From the NCBI GenBank assembly GCA_023135855.1, contig JAGLSH010000001.1, positions 1-44,231 on the forward strand: a DNA stretch of 44,231 nt, given 5' to 3'. The notes below the pieces were generated by a model. That model did no database searches. It saw nothing but the letters and a program-made list of their open reading frames with translations, and was not told where the DNA came from. Numbering within the stretch: the first letter of the stretch is position 1; each line of letters begins with the position of its first letter. Positions 33,354-44,231 of the stretch are shown in pieces. The position numbers and the translations under genes are program-made. This DNA is from Candidatus Omnitrophota bacterium. GTDB taxonomy: Bacteria > Omnitrophota > Gorgyraeia > Duberdicusellales > 4484-171.

Positions 33354-33782
33354 TTAGTTAACTTCTTTTTCCAACTTCTTTAGAATTGAAAGAGCTAAAT
33401 AAGAAGCACCAGTAACGATTATGGCAGCACTAAAATACCCACAACCAACAGCTAACCCAATTGCTGCACTAATCCAAATGCTCGCTGCTGTAGTTAAACC
33501 CCTAATCCCTTCTTTACTTCTTATAATCGTACCTGCACCTAAAAAGCCTACTCCAGTAACTACACCAGCAGCAATCCTTCCCGGATCAATAGCACATCCT
33601 TCTTCTTTAAACATGCCATAAATATAAAGAGAAGTTAGCATTATTAAAGCCGCACCAACAGTAACCAAGATATGAGTCCTTAATCCAGCGCTAACACCCT
33701 TTTTTTCACGTTCTAGACCAATCACTCCTCCCAGAATGAAGGCTAAAGCTAGGCGTATTATTGTAGAAAATAAATTTATCAT
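33354..33782 (-). CDS. MgtC/SapB-family membrane protein
   Basis: 142 aa. GLEREKKGVSAGLRTHILVTVGAAL and four hydrophobic helices. Confidence 0.85.
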   Translation of the reverse strand: MINLFSTIIRLALAFILGGVIGLEREKKGVSAGLRTHILVTVGAALIMLTSLYIYGMFKEEGCAIDPGRIAAGVVTGVGFLGAGTIIRSKEGIRGLTTAASIWISAAIGLAVGCGYFSAAIIVTGASYLALSILKKLEKEVN

Positions 33783-33783
33783 C

Positions 33784-34779
33784 TTAATTAGCTTGAGCTT
33801 CTAATTTTATAGTACTTTTCTTTCCTTTTATATTATACAGGTAAAAACCTAATCCTGCAACTATTGCTGCATTATCGCCTGAATACTCAAAAGGCGCAAG
33901 AAAAACCTTTATTCCCTTCTTTTCTTCACTCTCAAGGCGCCTCCGTAAATATTTGTTAGCAATAACACCTCCTCCGCAAACAATTCTCTTCATCTTAAAT
34001 TTGCTCTTTGCTTCTAGAATTGTCCTTATAATTGTCTCTAAAGCTACATACTGGAAAGAAGAAACAAGTCTTCTCTTGATATCGGCATTAAAAAGGTTTT
34101 TTTTCTCAATCTCTTTCTTCTTATAAATAAGGGCAGTTTTAATTCCGCTAAAACTTAAATCAAGCCCTATTTTTCCACATTTAAATTTAAAATCATTCTT
34201 ATATTCTTCCTTGAAAAGCTTATCAATGATTGGCCCACCAGGATACCCTAGATTATAAGCTTTAGCTATTTTATCAAAAGTCTCTCCACAAGCATCATCG
34301 CGAGTTTGTCCTAAAATTTTTATTCTATCAAAATCATCTACTCGATACATCTCAGTATGGCCCCCAGATATGACCACTCCCAAGAAAGGAAACTTCAATC
34401 TTTTTGGATAATTTAAAAAAGGAGCAAAAAGATGCGCATGAAGATGATTTACCCCAATAAATGGTTTTTTCAAAGCTAAAGAAAGAGCTTTGGCAAAATT
34501 AAGTCCGACGACTAAAGCTCCACCTAGGCCAGGTTTATGAGTTACAGCTATTAAATCTAATTTCTTTAAAGATATCCCAGCTTCTTTGCTAGCTGCTACC
34601 AAAACCTTATCAATATTATTAAGATGAGCCCGAGTAGCTATTTCTGGTATTATCCCCCCATATTTTTTATGTTCTTTTAAGGAAGATAAAGTTACGTTGG
34701 AAAGGACTTGATAATCTTTTAAAATCGCACACGAAGTTTCGTCACAAGACGTTTCAATACCTAAGGTATACATATTCAT
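33784..34779 (-). CDS. tsaD: tRNA N6-adenosine threonylcarbamoyltransferase TsaD
   Basis: GIETSCDET, GVNHLHAHL, VISGGHTE, GGGVIANK. The track start at 34785 is TTG. The ATGs at 34779 or 34773 are more likely. Confidence 0.9.
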   Translation of the reverse strand: MNMYTLGIETSCDETSCAILKDYQVLSNVTLSSLKEHKKYGGIIPEIATRAHLNNIDKVLVAASKEAGISLKKLDLIAVTHKPGLGGALVVGLNFAKALSLALKKPFIGVNHLHAHLFAPFLNYPKRLKFPFLGVVISGGHTEMYRVDDFDRIKILGQTRDDACGETFDKIAKAYNLGYPGGPIIDKLFKEEYKNDFKFKCGKIGLDLSFSGIKTALIYKKKEIEKKNLFNADIKRRLVSSFQYVALETIIRTILEAKSKFKMKRIVCGGGVIANKYLRRRLESEEKKGIKVFLAPFEYSGDNAAIVAGLGFYLYNIKGKKSTIKLEAQAN

Positions 34780-34839
34780 TAACAAAAAATTAAACTGTAC
34801 TTAATTAACTTTTATACTTTAATTTTACTTTTTACACTT

Positions 34840-36057
34840 TTAATTCCCAAACTGTAATATAAGTATACCTTTAATCAAATCTAGGGCTCTTACTATCTGA
34901 TTATCTTTCTTATAATCAAATTCTTTTTTCTTATCCATATCCTCAAAAACATCCTCTTCTGTTTTCTCAATAGTTTCTTTAGATATTTTAATATCTGGCT
35001 CAACCCCCTTCTCATGAATACTTATATCATTCGGAGTATAGTATTTAGAAGTTGTAAGACGCATGGCTGATCCATCAGACAAAGGAAGTATTGTTTGCAC
35101 CGACCCTTTTCCAAAGGTTGTTTCCCCAAGCAAAATTGCCCGGTTGTTTTCTCTTAAAGCTGCAGCAAGAATCTCACTTGCTGAAGCACTACCCTTATTT
35201 ATCAATACTACTATAGGGATATCTAAATACTTTTTACCAAAAGAATCTGCTCTATATATCCTTTTTTCTTCATTTCTTGAATCAGTAGATACAATTACCT
35301 TTCCACTGCTCAAAAATTTACTTGATATATCAATAGATGAATTAAGCAGTCCTCCAGGATTATTCCGTACATCAAGAATTAAAGCTTTTAAACCTTCTTT
35401 ATCTAATACTCCTAAGGCCTTACTCAAATCCTTAGAAGTAGATTCTCTGAACTCTCCTATCTTTACATATCCAACACCATCTTCTAAAATCATTGGTCTT
35501 TTTATATCTTTTATTTTTATTATTCCCCTTACAATGGTTATATCTTCAACTTTTCTACTCTCATCCCTCACAATAGTTAAAATAACTTTAGTATCAGGAT
35601 CTCCACGTAATTGCTTAACTGCACCATTCAAAGTGATATCTTTGGTCAATTCACCATCTATTTTAATAATAATATCTCCGGCTTCAATTCCAGCCTCCCA
35701 AGCCGGTGTATCTTCTATTGGAGAAATAATGGTAAGAAGACCATTTCTCATGGTAATTTCAATTCCAAGACCGCCAAATTTCCCTTCAGTTTCTACAAGA
35801 AGGTTCTTATAATCATCAGGAGTTAAAAATTGGCTGTAAGGATCTAAGGAAAGGGCTATTCCTTTCATTGCCCCGTAAACTAAATCTTCAGCAGTCTTTT
35901 CCTCTACATATTTCTCTTCAATAATCACCAACCCTTCAGAAAATATTTCTAGCTCTCGATATAGATCATCTTTATCTTTACCAAAAGATACTCCCGCTTG
36001 ATATGAAAAAATAATCGTTACTAAAATTATTATAAAAACAATAGATCTTCTCTTCAT
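34840..36057 (-). CDS. C-terminal processing peptidase (S41 family) with PDZ domain
   Basis: PDZ GDIIIKIDG, catalytic Ser GSASASEI and Lys TFGKGSVQ. N-terminal signal/TM. Confidence 0.9.
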   Translation of the reverse strand: MKRRSIVFIIILVTIIFSYQAGVSFGKDKDDLYRELEIFSEGLVIIEEKYVEEKTAEDLVYGAMKGIALSLDPYSQFLTPDDYKNLLVETEGKFGGLGIEITMRNGLLTIISPIEDTPAWEAGIEAGDIIIKIDGELTKDITLNGAVKQLRGDPDTKVILTIVRDESRKVEDITIVRGIIKIKDIKRPMILEDGVGYVKIGEFRESTSKDLSKALGVLDKEGLKALILDVRNNPGGLLNSSIDISSKFLSSGKVIVSTDSRNEEKRIYRADSFGKKYLDIPIVVLINKGSASASEILAAALRENNRAILLGETTFGKGSVQTILPLSDGSAMRLTTSKYYTPNDISIHEKGVEPDIKISKETIEKTEEDVFEDMDKKKEFDYKKDNQIVRALDLIKGILILQFGN

Positions 36058-37472
36058 TCTTCAATCCTCCTTTTTAACATATCTTTTGCTACTTGAGGGT
36101 TAGCATTGCCTCTGCTTTTTTTCATTACTTGCCCAACAAGAAACATTATTGCCTGCTCCTTACCTTCCAAATACTCTTTAACCGGCTTAGGATTATCCTT
36201 AATAGCCTCTTCAATAAATAAACTTAGTTGATCTTCTCCTGAAACTTGAGTGAGACCTTCTCCTTCGATGATACCATCAATATCCTGGTCAGTAGCAATA
36301 CTTAAGGAAAGGACTTTCTTGGCTGCTAAATTATTCAATTTCTTTTCGCTAAAATATCTTACTATCTGAGCAAACTTTTGTGTAGATATTTTGACTGAAT
36401 CAAACCCCTTCTCCAAAGCATTTACTTGTTCCAGAAAAGGTCCCAAAAGCCAGTTAGACAACTCTTGAGACTTTGGATAAGCTTTATTAGCTTCTTCAAA
36501 GAAATTGGCCAACCAAGGACTCGCAAGAATTATATCTACTTCTTTTTGATTAATCTTATATTCTTTTAAAAATCTCTCTTTTCTCTCTATTGGTAATTCT
36601 CCAACCAAAGCTTTTTCTCCCTCGATAAGCTCGTTAGAAACAGAAAAATCGAGAAGATCCGGCTCAGGAAAATATCGATAGTCGTGAGCTTGCTCTTTTG
36701 TACGCATAACCACTGTCTTTAAATTATCTACATCCCACAACCTAGTCTCTTGGATTATCTTCTCTCCTGACTCTATAGCCTTAGCTTGACGCTTAGCTTC
36801 AAACTCTAAAGCCGCTCTAACTCCTCTAAAACTATTCATATTCTTTAGCTCAACTCTTGTACCTAGTTTAGTATCCCCATGTCTGCGCAAAGAAATATTA
36901 GCATCACAACGCAGAGAACCTTTTTCCATATCGCAATCAGAAGAACCAATATATTGGATAACTAGCTTTAAATAAGTTAAATAATCATAAGCTTCTTGAG
37001 GACTTCTTATGTCCGGCTCAGAAACAATTTCCAACAATGGTGTGCCAGTGCGATTAAAATCTACTAAAGAACAATCTTCTTTATGAATGAGCTTCCCCGC
37101 ATCTTCTTCCATATGCACTCTATTTATATTTACTTTCTTCCCCGAAGGAAGCTCTAAGATTCCTCTCTCTCCCAAAGGCATCTTATATTGAGAAATTTGA
37201 TAATCTTTAGGCAAATCAGGATAAAAATAATTCTTGCGTTCAAAATATATAGACTTATTAGTTTCACACTTTAGAGCTAAGGAGACTCTTACCGCCAATT
37301 CTAAAACCTTCTTATTAAAAACTGGTAAAACTCCCGGATAACCACAACAAACTGGACAAATATTGGTATTAGGCGGACTTTTGAATTCTGTAGAGCAAGA
37401 ACAAAATATCTTTGACTTTGTCTTCAGTTGTGTGTGGACTTCAAGCCCAATTACAATTTCAAAATTACTCAT
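36054..37472 (-). CDS. gatB: Asp/Glu-tRNA amidotransferase subunit B
   Basis: [21 protein letters not shown], and a C-terminal YqeY-like tail. Overlaps gatA by 8 nt. Confidence 0.95.
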   Translation of the reverse strand: MSNFEIVIGLEVHTQLKTKSKIFCSCSTEFKSPPNTNICPVCCGYPGVLPVFNKKVLELAVRVSLALKCETNKSIYFERKNYFYPDLPKDYQISQYKMPLGERGILELPSGKKVNINRVHMEEDAGKLIHKEDCSLVDFNRTGTPLLEIVSEPDIRSPQEAYDYLTYLKLVIQYIGSSDCDMEKGSLRCDANISLRRHGDTKLGTRVELKNMNSFRGVRAALEFEAKRQAKAIESGEKIIQETRLWDVDNLKTVVMRTKEQAHDYRYFPEPDLLDFSVSNELIEGEKALVGELPIERKERFLKEYKINQKEVDIILASPWLANFFEEANKAYPKSQELSNWLLGPFLEQVNALEKGFDSVKISTQKFAQIVRYFSEKKLNNLAAKKVLSLSIATDQDIDGIIEGEGLTQVSGEDQLSLFIEEAIKDNPKPVKEYLEGKEQAIMFLVGQVMKKSRGNANPQVAKDMLKRRIEE

Positions 37473-38898
37473 AATTAATTTTTGGTATCTCCTTATGAAA
37501 ATCAGTACAACTTTGAAAAGCCGAACCTAATTTTACAAGCGTAAATTCATCAAACTCTTTTCCTATCAATTGCACTCCTATCGGTAATTTTTCAGAAGAA
37601 AATCCACAAGGAAAAGATACAGCTGGTAAGCCAGCTAAATTTGTAGAAATAGTATAGATATCTGATAAATACATACTTAAGGGATCGCTAGCCTTCTCAC
37701 CAATTTTAAAAGCAGTTGTTGGAGAAGTTGGGGTAAGAATAACATCAACTTTTTTAAAAGCCTGATCAAAATCTTTCCTGATTAAAGTTCTAGCTTTAAG
37801 AGCTTTAAGATAATAAGCATCATAATATCCACTAGAGAGACTATAGGTTCCTAAGAAAATTCTCCGTTTAGCTTCATCTCCAAAGCCTTGTCCTCTAGAA
37901 TTAGTATAAAGGTCTTCTAAACTCTCCCCCTTTGCTCTCACCCCATATCTAACTCCATCAAATCTTTGTAAATTTGAACTAGCTTCGGAAGAAGCAATAA
38001 TATAATAAGTAGCTACCGCATATTCAGTATGAGGTAGACTAATTTCAATGATTTCTGCTCCTTTTTCTTCAAAAATTTTCTTAGCTTCCTCAACTGCATT
38101 CTTGACTTCCTGATTTAATCCCTGGCTAAAATATTCTTTAGGTATACCTATTCTTAACCCCTTAACGTTACCATTTAAAGCTTTAGTAAAATCAGGTACA
38201 TCTATAAAAGCTGAAGTTGAATCTTTATCATCATGCCCGCAAATTATATTAAGAAGATTAGCGCAATCAACAAAATCTGTAGTTATCGGACCAATCTGAT
38301 CTAAGCTTGAACCAAATGCAACTAAACCAAAACGTGAAACTCGCCCATAGGTAGGTTTAAACCCTACTACTCCGCAAAGACAAGCCGGTTGGCGAATTGA
38401 ACCTCCAGTATCTGAACCTAAAGCAAAAGGAACTAACCGTGCAGCTACTGCTGCTGCAGAACCACCACTTGAACCACCAACAACCCTTGTTATATCCCAA
38501 GGATTTTTTGTCGGACCATAACAAGAATTTTCAGTTGATGAACCAAAAGCAAATTCATCCATATTCGTAGTTCCAATAATATTTAATCCGGCATTCTTTA
38601 ATCTTTTTATTACCTCTGCATTATAGACTGCTATATGGTTAACTAAAATTTTAGAAGAACAAGTAACCTTCTTCTCCTTTATACAAATATTATCCTTTAT
38701 AGCAATCGGTAGTCCCGAAAGAGAAGATTCCCCCTCTCCTTTGACTGGTTGATCATAGCTTTCGACAAAGCTTTTTAAGACAGGGTCAAATTTCTTTATT
38801 CTACTTTTGAAAAAAGAAAAAACTTCTTCTTTCTTTATTTTATTAGTTCTAATTTCTTCTGCTAATTGACTAGCATTAGTATTAATTAAATCTTTCAT
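37465..38898 (-). CDS. gatA: Glu-tRNA(Gln) amidotransferase subunit A
   Basis: Amidase signature [12 protein letters not shown] ... [12 protein letters not shown]. 477 aa. Confidence 0.95.
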   Translation of the reverse strand: MKDLINTNASQLAEEIRTNKIKKEEVFSFFKSRIKKFDPVLKSFVESYDQPVKGEGESSLSGLPIAIKDNICIKEKKVTCSSKILVNHIAVYNAEVIKRLKNAGLNIIGTTNMDEFAFGSSTENSCYGPTKNPWDITRVVGGSSGGSAAAVAARLVPFALGSDTGGSIRQPACLCGVVGFKPTYGRVSRFGLVAFGSSLDQIGPITTDFVDCANLLNIICGHDDKDSTSAFIDVPDFTKALNGNVKGLRIGIPKEYFSQGLNQEVKNAVEEAKKIFEEKGAEIIEISLPHTEYAVATYYIIASSEASSNLQRFDGVRYGVRAKGESLEDLYTNSRGQGFGDEAKRRIFLGTYSLSSGYYDAYYLKALKARTLIRKDFDQAFKKVDVILTPTSPTTAFKIGEKASDPLSMYLSDIYTISTNLAGLPAVSFPCGFSSEKLPIGVQLIGKEFDEFTLVKLGSAFQSCTDFHKEIPKINYE

Positions 38899-39029
38899 CT
38901 TTTTGTTACAATAGTTTTCTATACTATATTACTTTTTCCCTTTTTTAAAATTTTGTTGCCGATCAATAACAATGCTGGATACAATAAGGCTCTTCGAGCC
39001 ACTCCGCCATTGGCGGAGATTGTATACAT

Positions 39030-39314
39030 TTATTCAACAACCTTAGGGATTTTGAAATAATCACCTTCTCTAGATGGAGAATTTTTTAATATTTCTTCTC
39101 GACAATCAGAAGGCACAACCTTATCCTCGCGAAAAACATCTCTAGTAATATGAGCCCCTCTTGAAGGCTCAACCCCTTCTACATTCAATTCTTTTAACTT
39201 ATCTATATAGCCAATAATTTTAGAAAACTGCTCCTCTAAGAAAGCTTCTTGCCCAGAGGCTATCTTTATCTTAGCCAAATTAGCTACATATTTTACATCT
39301 TTTTTATCAATCAC
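39030..39314 (-). CDS. gatC: Asp/Glu-tRNA amidotransferase subunit C
   Basis: 94 aa. VKYVANLAKIKI...IIGYIDKLKELNVEGVEP. Confidence 0.9.
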   Translation of the reverse strand: MIDKKDVKYVANLAKIKIASGQEAFLEEQFSKIIGYIDKLKELNVEGVEPSRGAHITRDVFREDKVVPSDCREEILKNSPSREGDYFKIPKVVE

Positions 39315-39400
39315 AGGTCTCCTTTTATTTTAAAATTATACCACCCGCTATTTAAAAATCTATTATTTTCCCTAAAGCCTTCTCACTTTATTGCTTTTGC

Positions 39401-40945
39401 CTACGAAGATCGTAATTTACCTCTAAAAAGAGTCAACTCTAAAAATGTCTGAAGTCGACGCGAACGGCTAGGGCGTCTTAATTTTTTTAATGCTTTGGCT
39501 TCAATTTGTCGTATGCGTTCACGAGTAACTTTAAAAATGGTTCCTACTTCCTCTAAAGTTTTAGGACTACCATCTTCAAGGCCAAACCTTAAAGCAAGAA
39601 TGTTTCTCTCACGATCAGTTAAGCTGTCCATAGCCTGTCCTAGTTCCTCTTTAAGCATAGAAAACACAGTAGCATTAGCTGGCGATACTGCTTTTTTATC
39701 CTCAATAAAATCACCAAAAGAAGTGTCTCCGTCATCACCGATAGGTGTATGTATAGATATTGGCTGTTGGGATACTTTAATAATATCTTTTATTTTATTA
39801 ACTGGAAGCTTTAGCTCTTTAGATAGCTCTTCTGGGGTAGGCTCTTTTCCTTTTTCTTGAATGAAAAGCCGTGAAATCCTAATTATCTTATTAATAGTTT
39901 CAGTCATATGAACAGGAATTCTAATCGTTCGAGCCTGATCAGCAATAGCCCGAGTTATCGCTTGCCTTATCCACCAAGTCGCATAGGTAGAAAATTTATA
40001 TCCTCGTTTATATTCAAATTTCTCTACTGCCTTGATAAGGCCAATATTACCTTCTTGAATCAAATCAAGAAAAGAAAGCCCTCTATTTACATATTTTTTA
40101 GCTATACTTACTACTAGTCGTAAATTTGCCTCAACAAGCGTACTTTTAGCTTGATTGTAAAGATAAGCTTTATGAAGGATAGCCCTCATTTTATCTCTTG
40201 CTGTTTCCTTGCCAAACCCTAACTCTCTTATTAGTTTATTTCTCTCTCTTACTAAAGACCTTTTCTCAGTAACTTTCTTCTTTGCTTTGCCTTTTATCTT
40301 TTCAATTCTTCTCCTTAATTTTTCAGACTCTCTAACAACCTCTCTTGTCTTAGCAATAATTTTCTCAATAATACCAATAGTAAAATTAAATTCCTTTAAA
40401 ACATTTGTTTGGCTTCCAATTTTTTTAATCCTTGATAGTTTGCCATAAAGCTTCTTGATTCTTTCAATCTCTTTTTCCTTATTCTTAATCTCACCCTTTA
40501 CAAAATCATCGGGATTAAGTAGATCCTTGATTATCTGTTTAGATATATGTATAAAAGTATCTCGAGCTATGCCAGTAGAAAATACTTCTTCACGTAAAGT
40601 TTCTTCGGTATCTTCAATCTTTTTTGCTAACCTGATCTCTTCATCGCGGGTAAGCAAAGGAATTTGACCCATTTGCTTTAAATACATCTTAACCGGGTCA
40701 TCTATTGGCTGCGATGTAGCTGTAGTTTGTTTTTTATTTTCCTTCTCCCACTCTGAAACCTCCTGGGTCTCTAGAACGCTTATGTCCTTACTATCTAGTT
40801 GTTCAAAAATAGTATCTAGAGCTTTAACGTTTATCACATCTTCAGAAAGAAAATGATTTATTTCATCATAAGTGAGGTAGCCTTTTTTCTTTCCTAAATC
40901 AACTAATTGTTTAATACTTCTTTCTAAAAGTTTTTTCTTAATCAT
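39401..40945 (-). CDS. rpoD: RNA polymerase primary sigma factor (sigma-70)
   Basis: Region 1.2 [11 protein letters not shown], region 2 [12 protein letters not shown]...[15 protein letters not shown], region 4.2 [20 protein letters not shown]. Confidence 0.95.
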   Translation of the reverse strand: MIKKKLLERSIKQLVDLGKKKGYLTYDEINHFLSEDVINVKALDTIFEQLDSKDISVLETQEVSEWEKENKKQTTATSQPIDDPVKMYLKQMGQIPLLTRDEEIRLAKKIEDTEETLREEVFSTGIARDTFIHISKQIIKDLLNPDDFVKGEIKNKEKEIERIKKLYGKLSRIKKIGSQTNVLKEFNFTIGIIEKIIAKTREVVRESEKLRRRIEKIKGKAKKKVTEKRSLVRERNKLIRELGFGKETARDKMRAILHKAYLYNQAKSTLVEANLRLVVSIAKKYVNRGLSFLDLIQEGNIGLIKAVEKFEYKRGYKFSTYATWWIRQAITRAIADQARTIRIPVHMTETINKIIRISRLFIQEKGKEPTPEELSKELKLPVNKIKDIIKVSQQPISIHTPIGDDGDTSFGDFIEDKKAVSPANATVFSMLKEELGQAMDSLTDRERNILALRFGLEDGSPKTLEEVGTIFKVTRERIRQIEAKALKKLRRPSRSRRLQTFLELTLFRGKLRSS

Positions 40946-42710
40946 TCCTTACCTCACTATTAATTCGACTATATTCTTTCATTAATTCCTTTACCTTTGT
41001 TTTGTCCCCTTTTGCTTCAAATTCTTTTATTTGAATCTTTAACTTTTTCTTAATTCCTACTGCAGCTTGTTTATGAAGCTTGATCAAACTCTTTTTAAAA
41101 AGATTCTTATCTAAGAGAATATCATCATCCATTAAAACTCTAGAAATAAAACTACTAATTTCCTTATCTGTGGTTCTACTTAATAACTGCTGCATAGAAC
41201 CATTTTCTTCTGCGGAATAACTATTAAAAAGAAATGAAACGGTTTTTTGTGCCAAATGTGAATGAAAGTACTCCCACTTTAAATTCTTTCTTGCAATAGA
41301 AAAAGCCTTAAAATTAGTAAACATGAATTTAAGTAATACTTTCTCAGTAATTGATAATGGTTCCTTATCTAAATTTATATTTTTATCCTTATAACTCTCA
41401 GCCAAAGATTTCTTCTTATCAAAACCATTAGTTTTAGAAAAATTATTACGGAATTCTGCAATTACGATTTCTTCTTTAAGACCTAAATCATCAGCGAGTT
41501 TCCTGATATATTCATACTTCTGAATCTCGCTATTTAATTTATTCAAAGTAATCAACATCTCTTTAACGATATTTGTTTTTCCTTCTATAGAATCAGCAGC
41601 ATGAAAGACTTTCAGGCTCTCTAATTTATAATCAAAAAAATCGAGCTTCTCCTCTAGTGATTTTAAAAAGACTTCCTTCCCGTCTTTGTGGACTAAAGAA
41701 TCTGGGTCATAACCTTTTGGCAAACGCACAATTTTAACTTTCAAATTGTTCTCAAGAATCAAATCTATCGATCGTGTTGTAGCCGCTTCCCCAGCCTTAT
41801 CAGAATCATAAACTAAAATTATACAGGAAGTATACCTTTTTACCAAACGAATCTGCTCAGAAGTAAGCGCTGTACCTAAAGAGGCTGCTATGTTTTTTAC
41901 CCCCCTCATAAAAGGCGTGATCATATCTAAGTATCCTTCAACTACAATTATACTATCCTCTTTAACAATCTCTTCTTTCGCAAAATTAAGACCATATAAG
42001 TGATCCCGCTTGCTATAAATAATATTCTCTAAAGAATTGATATACTTAGGAGAATTCAGTAAATCTTCCCAAGTCCTTGCTCCAAAGCCAACAACCCGAT
42101 TGCGAATATCAAAAATTGGAAAAATAATTCTATTTATAAATAAATCTCGAAAACTTCCTCGAGCTGAAGTGACCAAAGATGCTCTTTCTAACATTTCTAA
42201 GGTGAAATTTGATTTACGCATATGCTGAATAAGAGAGTTATGACCAGGGGCAAACCCGATATTAAATTTTTTAATTGTTTCCGGGCCAATCCCCCTCTTT
42301 GCTAAGTAAGTACGAACTGCCTGAAATTCTTTACTTTCTCTCAAAATATTATGAAAAAAAGAAGCTGCTTCTCCATTAACTTCGTAAAGAAAATTCTTAG
42401 TCTTAGCATTCTTGCTCTTCTGATAAGGTACAACCATGCCTAACTTATTCCCTAACATTTCTACAGCTTCAGGAAAGGTTACTTTCTCAATAAGAGTCAG
42501 AAACTGAAAAATACCTCCACCTTCGCCGCAACCAAAACAATGAAAAATTTGTTTTTGTGGGCTCACAACAAAGGAAGGGGTCTTCTCCCCATGAAAGGGG
42601 CATACAGCTTTAAAATTTCTGCCAGCTTTCTTTAAAGATATATAGCTCGAAACGAGCTCTACGATATCTGTTCGAGACCGAACTTCTTCTATGAATTGTT
42701 GTGGGATCAT
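40938..42710 (-). CDS. dnaG: DNA primase
   Basis: Zn finger [26 protein letters not shown], Toprim VVEGYLD ... YDSDKAG. Preceded by repeat family 1, with no SD. Confidence 0.95.
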   Translation of the reverse strand: MIPQQFIEEVRSRTDIVELVSSYISLKKAGRNFKAVCPFHGEKTPSFVVSPQKQIFHCFGCGEGGGIFQFLTLIEKVTFPEAVEMLGNKLGMVVPYQKSKNAKTKNFLYEVNGEAASFFHNILRESKEFQAVRTYLAKRGIGPETIKKFNIGFAPGHNSLIQHMRKSNFTLEMLERASLVTSARGSFRDLFINRIIFPIFDIRNRVVGFGARTWEDLLNSPKYINSLENIIYSKRDHLYGLNFAKEEIVKEDSIIVVEGYLDMITPFMRGVKNIAASLGTALTSEQIRLVKRYTSCIILVYDSDKAGEAATTRSIDLILENNLKVKIVRLPKGYDPDSLVHKDGKEVFLKSLEEKLDFFDYKLESLKVFHAADSIEGKTNIVKEMLITLNKLNSEIQKYEYIRKLADDLGLKEEIVIAEFRNNFSKTNGFDKKKSLAESYKDKNINLDKEPLSITEKVLLKFMFTNFKAFSIARKNLKWEYFHSHLAQKTVSFLFNSYSAEENGSMQQLLSRTTDKEISSFISRVLMDDDILLDKNLFKKSLIKLHKQAAVGIKKKLKIQIKEFEAKGDKTKVKELMKEYSRINSEVRND

Positions 42711-42718
42711 AATTTTGG

Positions 42719-42777
42719 TTAGTAAATGGGTATATGGGTAGAAGGGTAACTCATCTACCCATTCACTCTTTTACTCA
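42719..42777. repeat. Intergenic imperfect-palindrome repeat, family 1 (copy C; core AATGGGTATATGGG at 42725-42738)
   Basis: ATGGGTAGA pairs with TCTACCCAT, and AGTAAA pairs with TTTACT. Fills the gap between the NIF3 stop and the dnaG ATG. Confidence 0.7.
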
Positions 42778-43740
42778 TCAACTCTTTTTTCGTTTGAATC
42801 TTCTAAAACCTGAAAACTCGTAAATCTTGAGCTTTTCCTTGCTCTCAAGATAATCAAGCATAATATTAATACCTAAACTATCAGAAGCAATATGTGAAGC
42901 AAAAATTACATTTATGTTAGCTTCTTTACACTTTTTAAAGTGTTCTTCAGATTGATGCATGGCAACTATAGTATCAACTCCTCTAGCAGCAAGCTCTTTA
43001 TAAATATCTTTTGGTCCTTCAGTGCCTCCAGTAAATTCAAGATGAATATTCCTGCACCGAGAATTCTTGCTTCCTACTACTATTTGAGGAGGATTATTAT
43101 TCTTAGCAGCATCAACATACTCAGGAATAGTCTGCAAAATATCACTTATCGCGCCTAAAGACGACGGCTTGATTTTATCTATTGCTTTTCTTAAATATTG
43201 ATAAGCAAGATTATCGCAAGGTGTATGAGCACAAATGAAATCTATATTAAGCAAACAAGCTATATCAACACTTCTAGCATGGTTGGCTGAACTTACTCGT
43301 CTAGCAACCTGTGATTTTCTCTCTTGGAGAAGTTTCTCACAAACCCCCAAGGATATCCCTTCCTTAGCAAAAACATCAACTTGTAAATCCATTACATCAT
43401 AGAAATTAGCATAAGCTCGGCCTTGAGGATGATGGGCCACCACTAGATCTATTTTTTCTCCCTTTTCTCTTAGCCTATCAACAAGGACTAGCTCTCCACC
43501 ATCAACATCTATACCAACAATCATAGACTTTATGTTTTTTGTTGGGTCACCGATAAGAATACGAGTATCGGCAAAAGGATTAAATAATGCATCCTGATCA
43601 AACAATTCTTTGCCTTTTTTATCTAATTGATCGAAATTTTTCTTGTTTTTCTTAAGAAGACTCTCGATTTCTTTAGGACTGCGAACATCAGCATCAATAC
43701 CTTTTTTTACTATTTCTTGATAAAGATTTTTCAGCTTCAT
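42778..43740 (-). CDS. NIF3-family (YbgI/YqfO-like) dinuclear-metal-centre protein
   Basis: DLVVAHHPQG, CAHTPCDN, ASHIASD motifs. 320 aa. Lies next to dnaG-rpoD, as in many bacteria. Confidence 0.8.
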   Translation of the reverse strand: MKLKNLYQEIVKKGIDADVRSPKEIESLLKKNKKNFDQLDKKGKELFDQDALFNPFADTRILIGDPTKNIKSMIVGIDVDGGELVLVDRLREKGEKIDLVVAHHPQGRAYANFYDVMDLQVDVFAKEGISLGVCEKLLQERKSQVARRVSSANHARSVDIACLLNIDFICAHTPCDNLAYQYLRKAIDKIKPSSLGAISDILQTIPEYVDAAKNNNPPQIVVGSKNSRCRNIHLEFTGGTEGPKDIYKELAARGVDTIVAMHQSEEHFKKCKEANINVIFASHIASDSLGINIMLDYLESKEKLKIYEFSGFRRFKRKKS

Positions 43741-44231
43741 AATATTTGACTACCTCCTTATTTACTACTGCTTTAGAATTAACTTTATTATAACCTTTAA
43801 AGGCCATCAAATAAATCTTAGGCCCAATATTTCCAAATATACCATAAGATATACTATGAGAAAAACGTTTTGAGCCAAGAGGGGATAAGTGCAACAAAAA
43901 TAAAAGTATACTCCCTATAAGAGAGGCTCTCAAAACCCCTAGAAAGAACAACGTTGCCCTTTCCTTAAAATATGACTCCTTTTTCTTGAAAAAAAAAGTT
44001 ACTATCAGTCTAGACAAAGTAAAAATTAAGCGTATTCCTAAAAAAATTAAAAGAAATGAAAAAAGTAAGAAATATTCTTTACTTAAAATATGTATTTTGC
44101 CACTTATTCCCTCTCCTAGTGCAAAATAATAATGAAAAGCAAAAAAAGCTCCAAAGAGAAGCCCTAATATTTTAAAGCTTTCGCATACAATTCCTCGTGT
44201 AATAGAGGTGTAAACAACTCTTAGACAAAGA
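43694..44231 (-). CDS. CvpA-like membrane protein (partial; N-terminus beyond window end)
   Basis: The frame of track ORF 43694-44017 stays open up to the window edge. My translation is ...ITRGIVCESFKILGLLFGAFFAFHYYFALGEGIS...LLFSFLLIFLGIRLIF..., which has CvpA-like spacing of TM helices. Confidence 0.5.
   Translation of the reverse strand, partial: LCLRVVYTSITRGIVCESFKILGLLFGAFFAFHYYFALGEGISGKIHILSKEYFLLFSFLLIFLGIRLIFTLSRLIVTFFFKKKESYFKERATLFFLGVLRASLIGSILLFLLHLSPLGSKRFSHSISYGIFGNIGPKIYLMAFKGYNKVNSKAVVNKEVVKYYEAEKSLSRNSKKRY

Noticed and set aside
35063-35812. 249-aa plus-strand ORF (and 35611-35826)
   Set aside because: It is entirely antisense to the well-supported S41 peptidase gene. Its composition is low-complexity and Ser/Leu/Ile/Phe-rich, it has no SD and I recognise no motifs. 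This is a typical shadow ORF in an AT-rich genome.
43694-44017. Track ORF start (Met) for the last minus-strand gene
   Set aside because: The same frame stays open to the window end and the upstream part looks like CvpA TM helices. I therefore annotated it as a 5'-partial gene (43694-44231) instead.
1-44231. tRNA, rRNA and other classical RNA genes
   Set aside because: All intergenic gaps longer than 60 nt were read on both strands. None shows a cloverleaf-compatible arrangement or rRNA-like conserved strings. This was a by-eye scan only, so small ncRNAs cannot be excluded.

Overview
This is a visibly AT-rich, compact bacterial chromosomal segment. Almost all genes are on the minus strand and many have overlapping stop/start codons. 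I found no rRNA, tRNA or CRISPR array. All family assignments come from motifs read by eye in the translations, not from searches.

(i) 1-16.7 kb: one co-directional block of about 18 genes that looks like a type II PKS-like biosynthetic operon of unknown product.
- Its core is an intact ketosynthase, a partner ketosynthase that has lost all three catalytic residues, and an ACP.
- Around the core are two cyclase-type proteins (PF04199-like and SRPBCC), SDR and ketopantoate-reductase-type reductases, an acyl-CoA ligase, a B12-binding radical SAM enzyme, an amidohydrolase_2 protein, a class IV aminotransferase and an MFS transporter.
- A split gene set (nucleoside phosphorylase, MtnA-like isomerase, class II aldolase fused to an SCP2-like domain, aldehyde dehydrogenase) resembles a 5'-deoxyadenosine/MTA salvage (DHAP-shunt) route.
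- A sigma70-like promoter overlapped by a 16-bp perfect palindrome sits upstream of the block.

(ii) 18.8-23.0 kb: a small plus-strand accessory island wedged between a nitroreductase gene and era.
- It holds a decayed IS whose transposase carries one frameshift and one in-frame stop.
- It holds four small-ORF cassettes, each ending in an attC-like imperfect palindrome. This is an integron-type cassette array with no integrase in the window.
- It ends with a RayT/IS200-like HUH transposase bracketed by perfect 15-bp inverted repeats.

(iii) 23-44 kb: housekeeping genes (era, tsaD, ctp, gatCAB, rpoD, dnaG, NIF3, cvpA-like) interspersed with less ordinary genes.
- A PilZ / TPR / transglutaminase-lipoprotein operon.
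- A DnaQ-type exonuclease with a WYL-like tail.
- A bactofilin fused to an excisionase-type HTH, next to an HTH-transmembrane protein.

Two families of intergenic palindromic repeats are also present.
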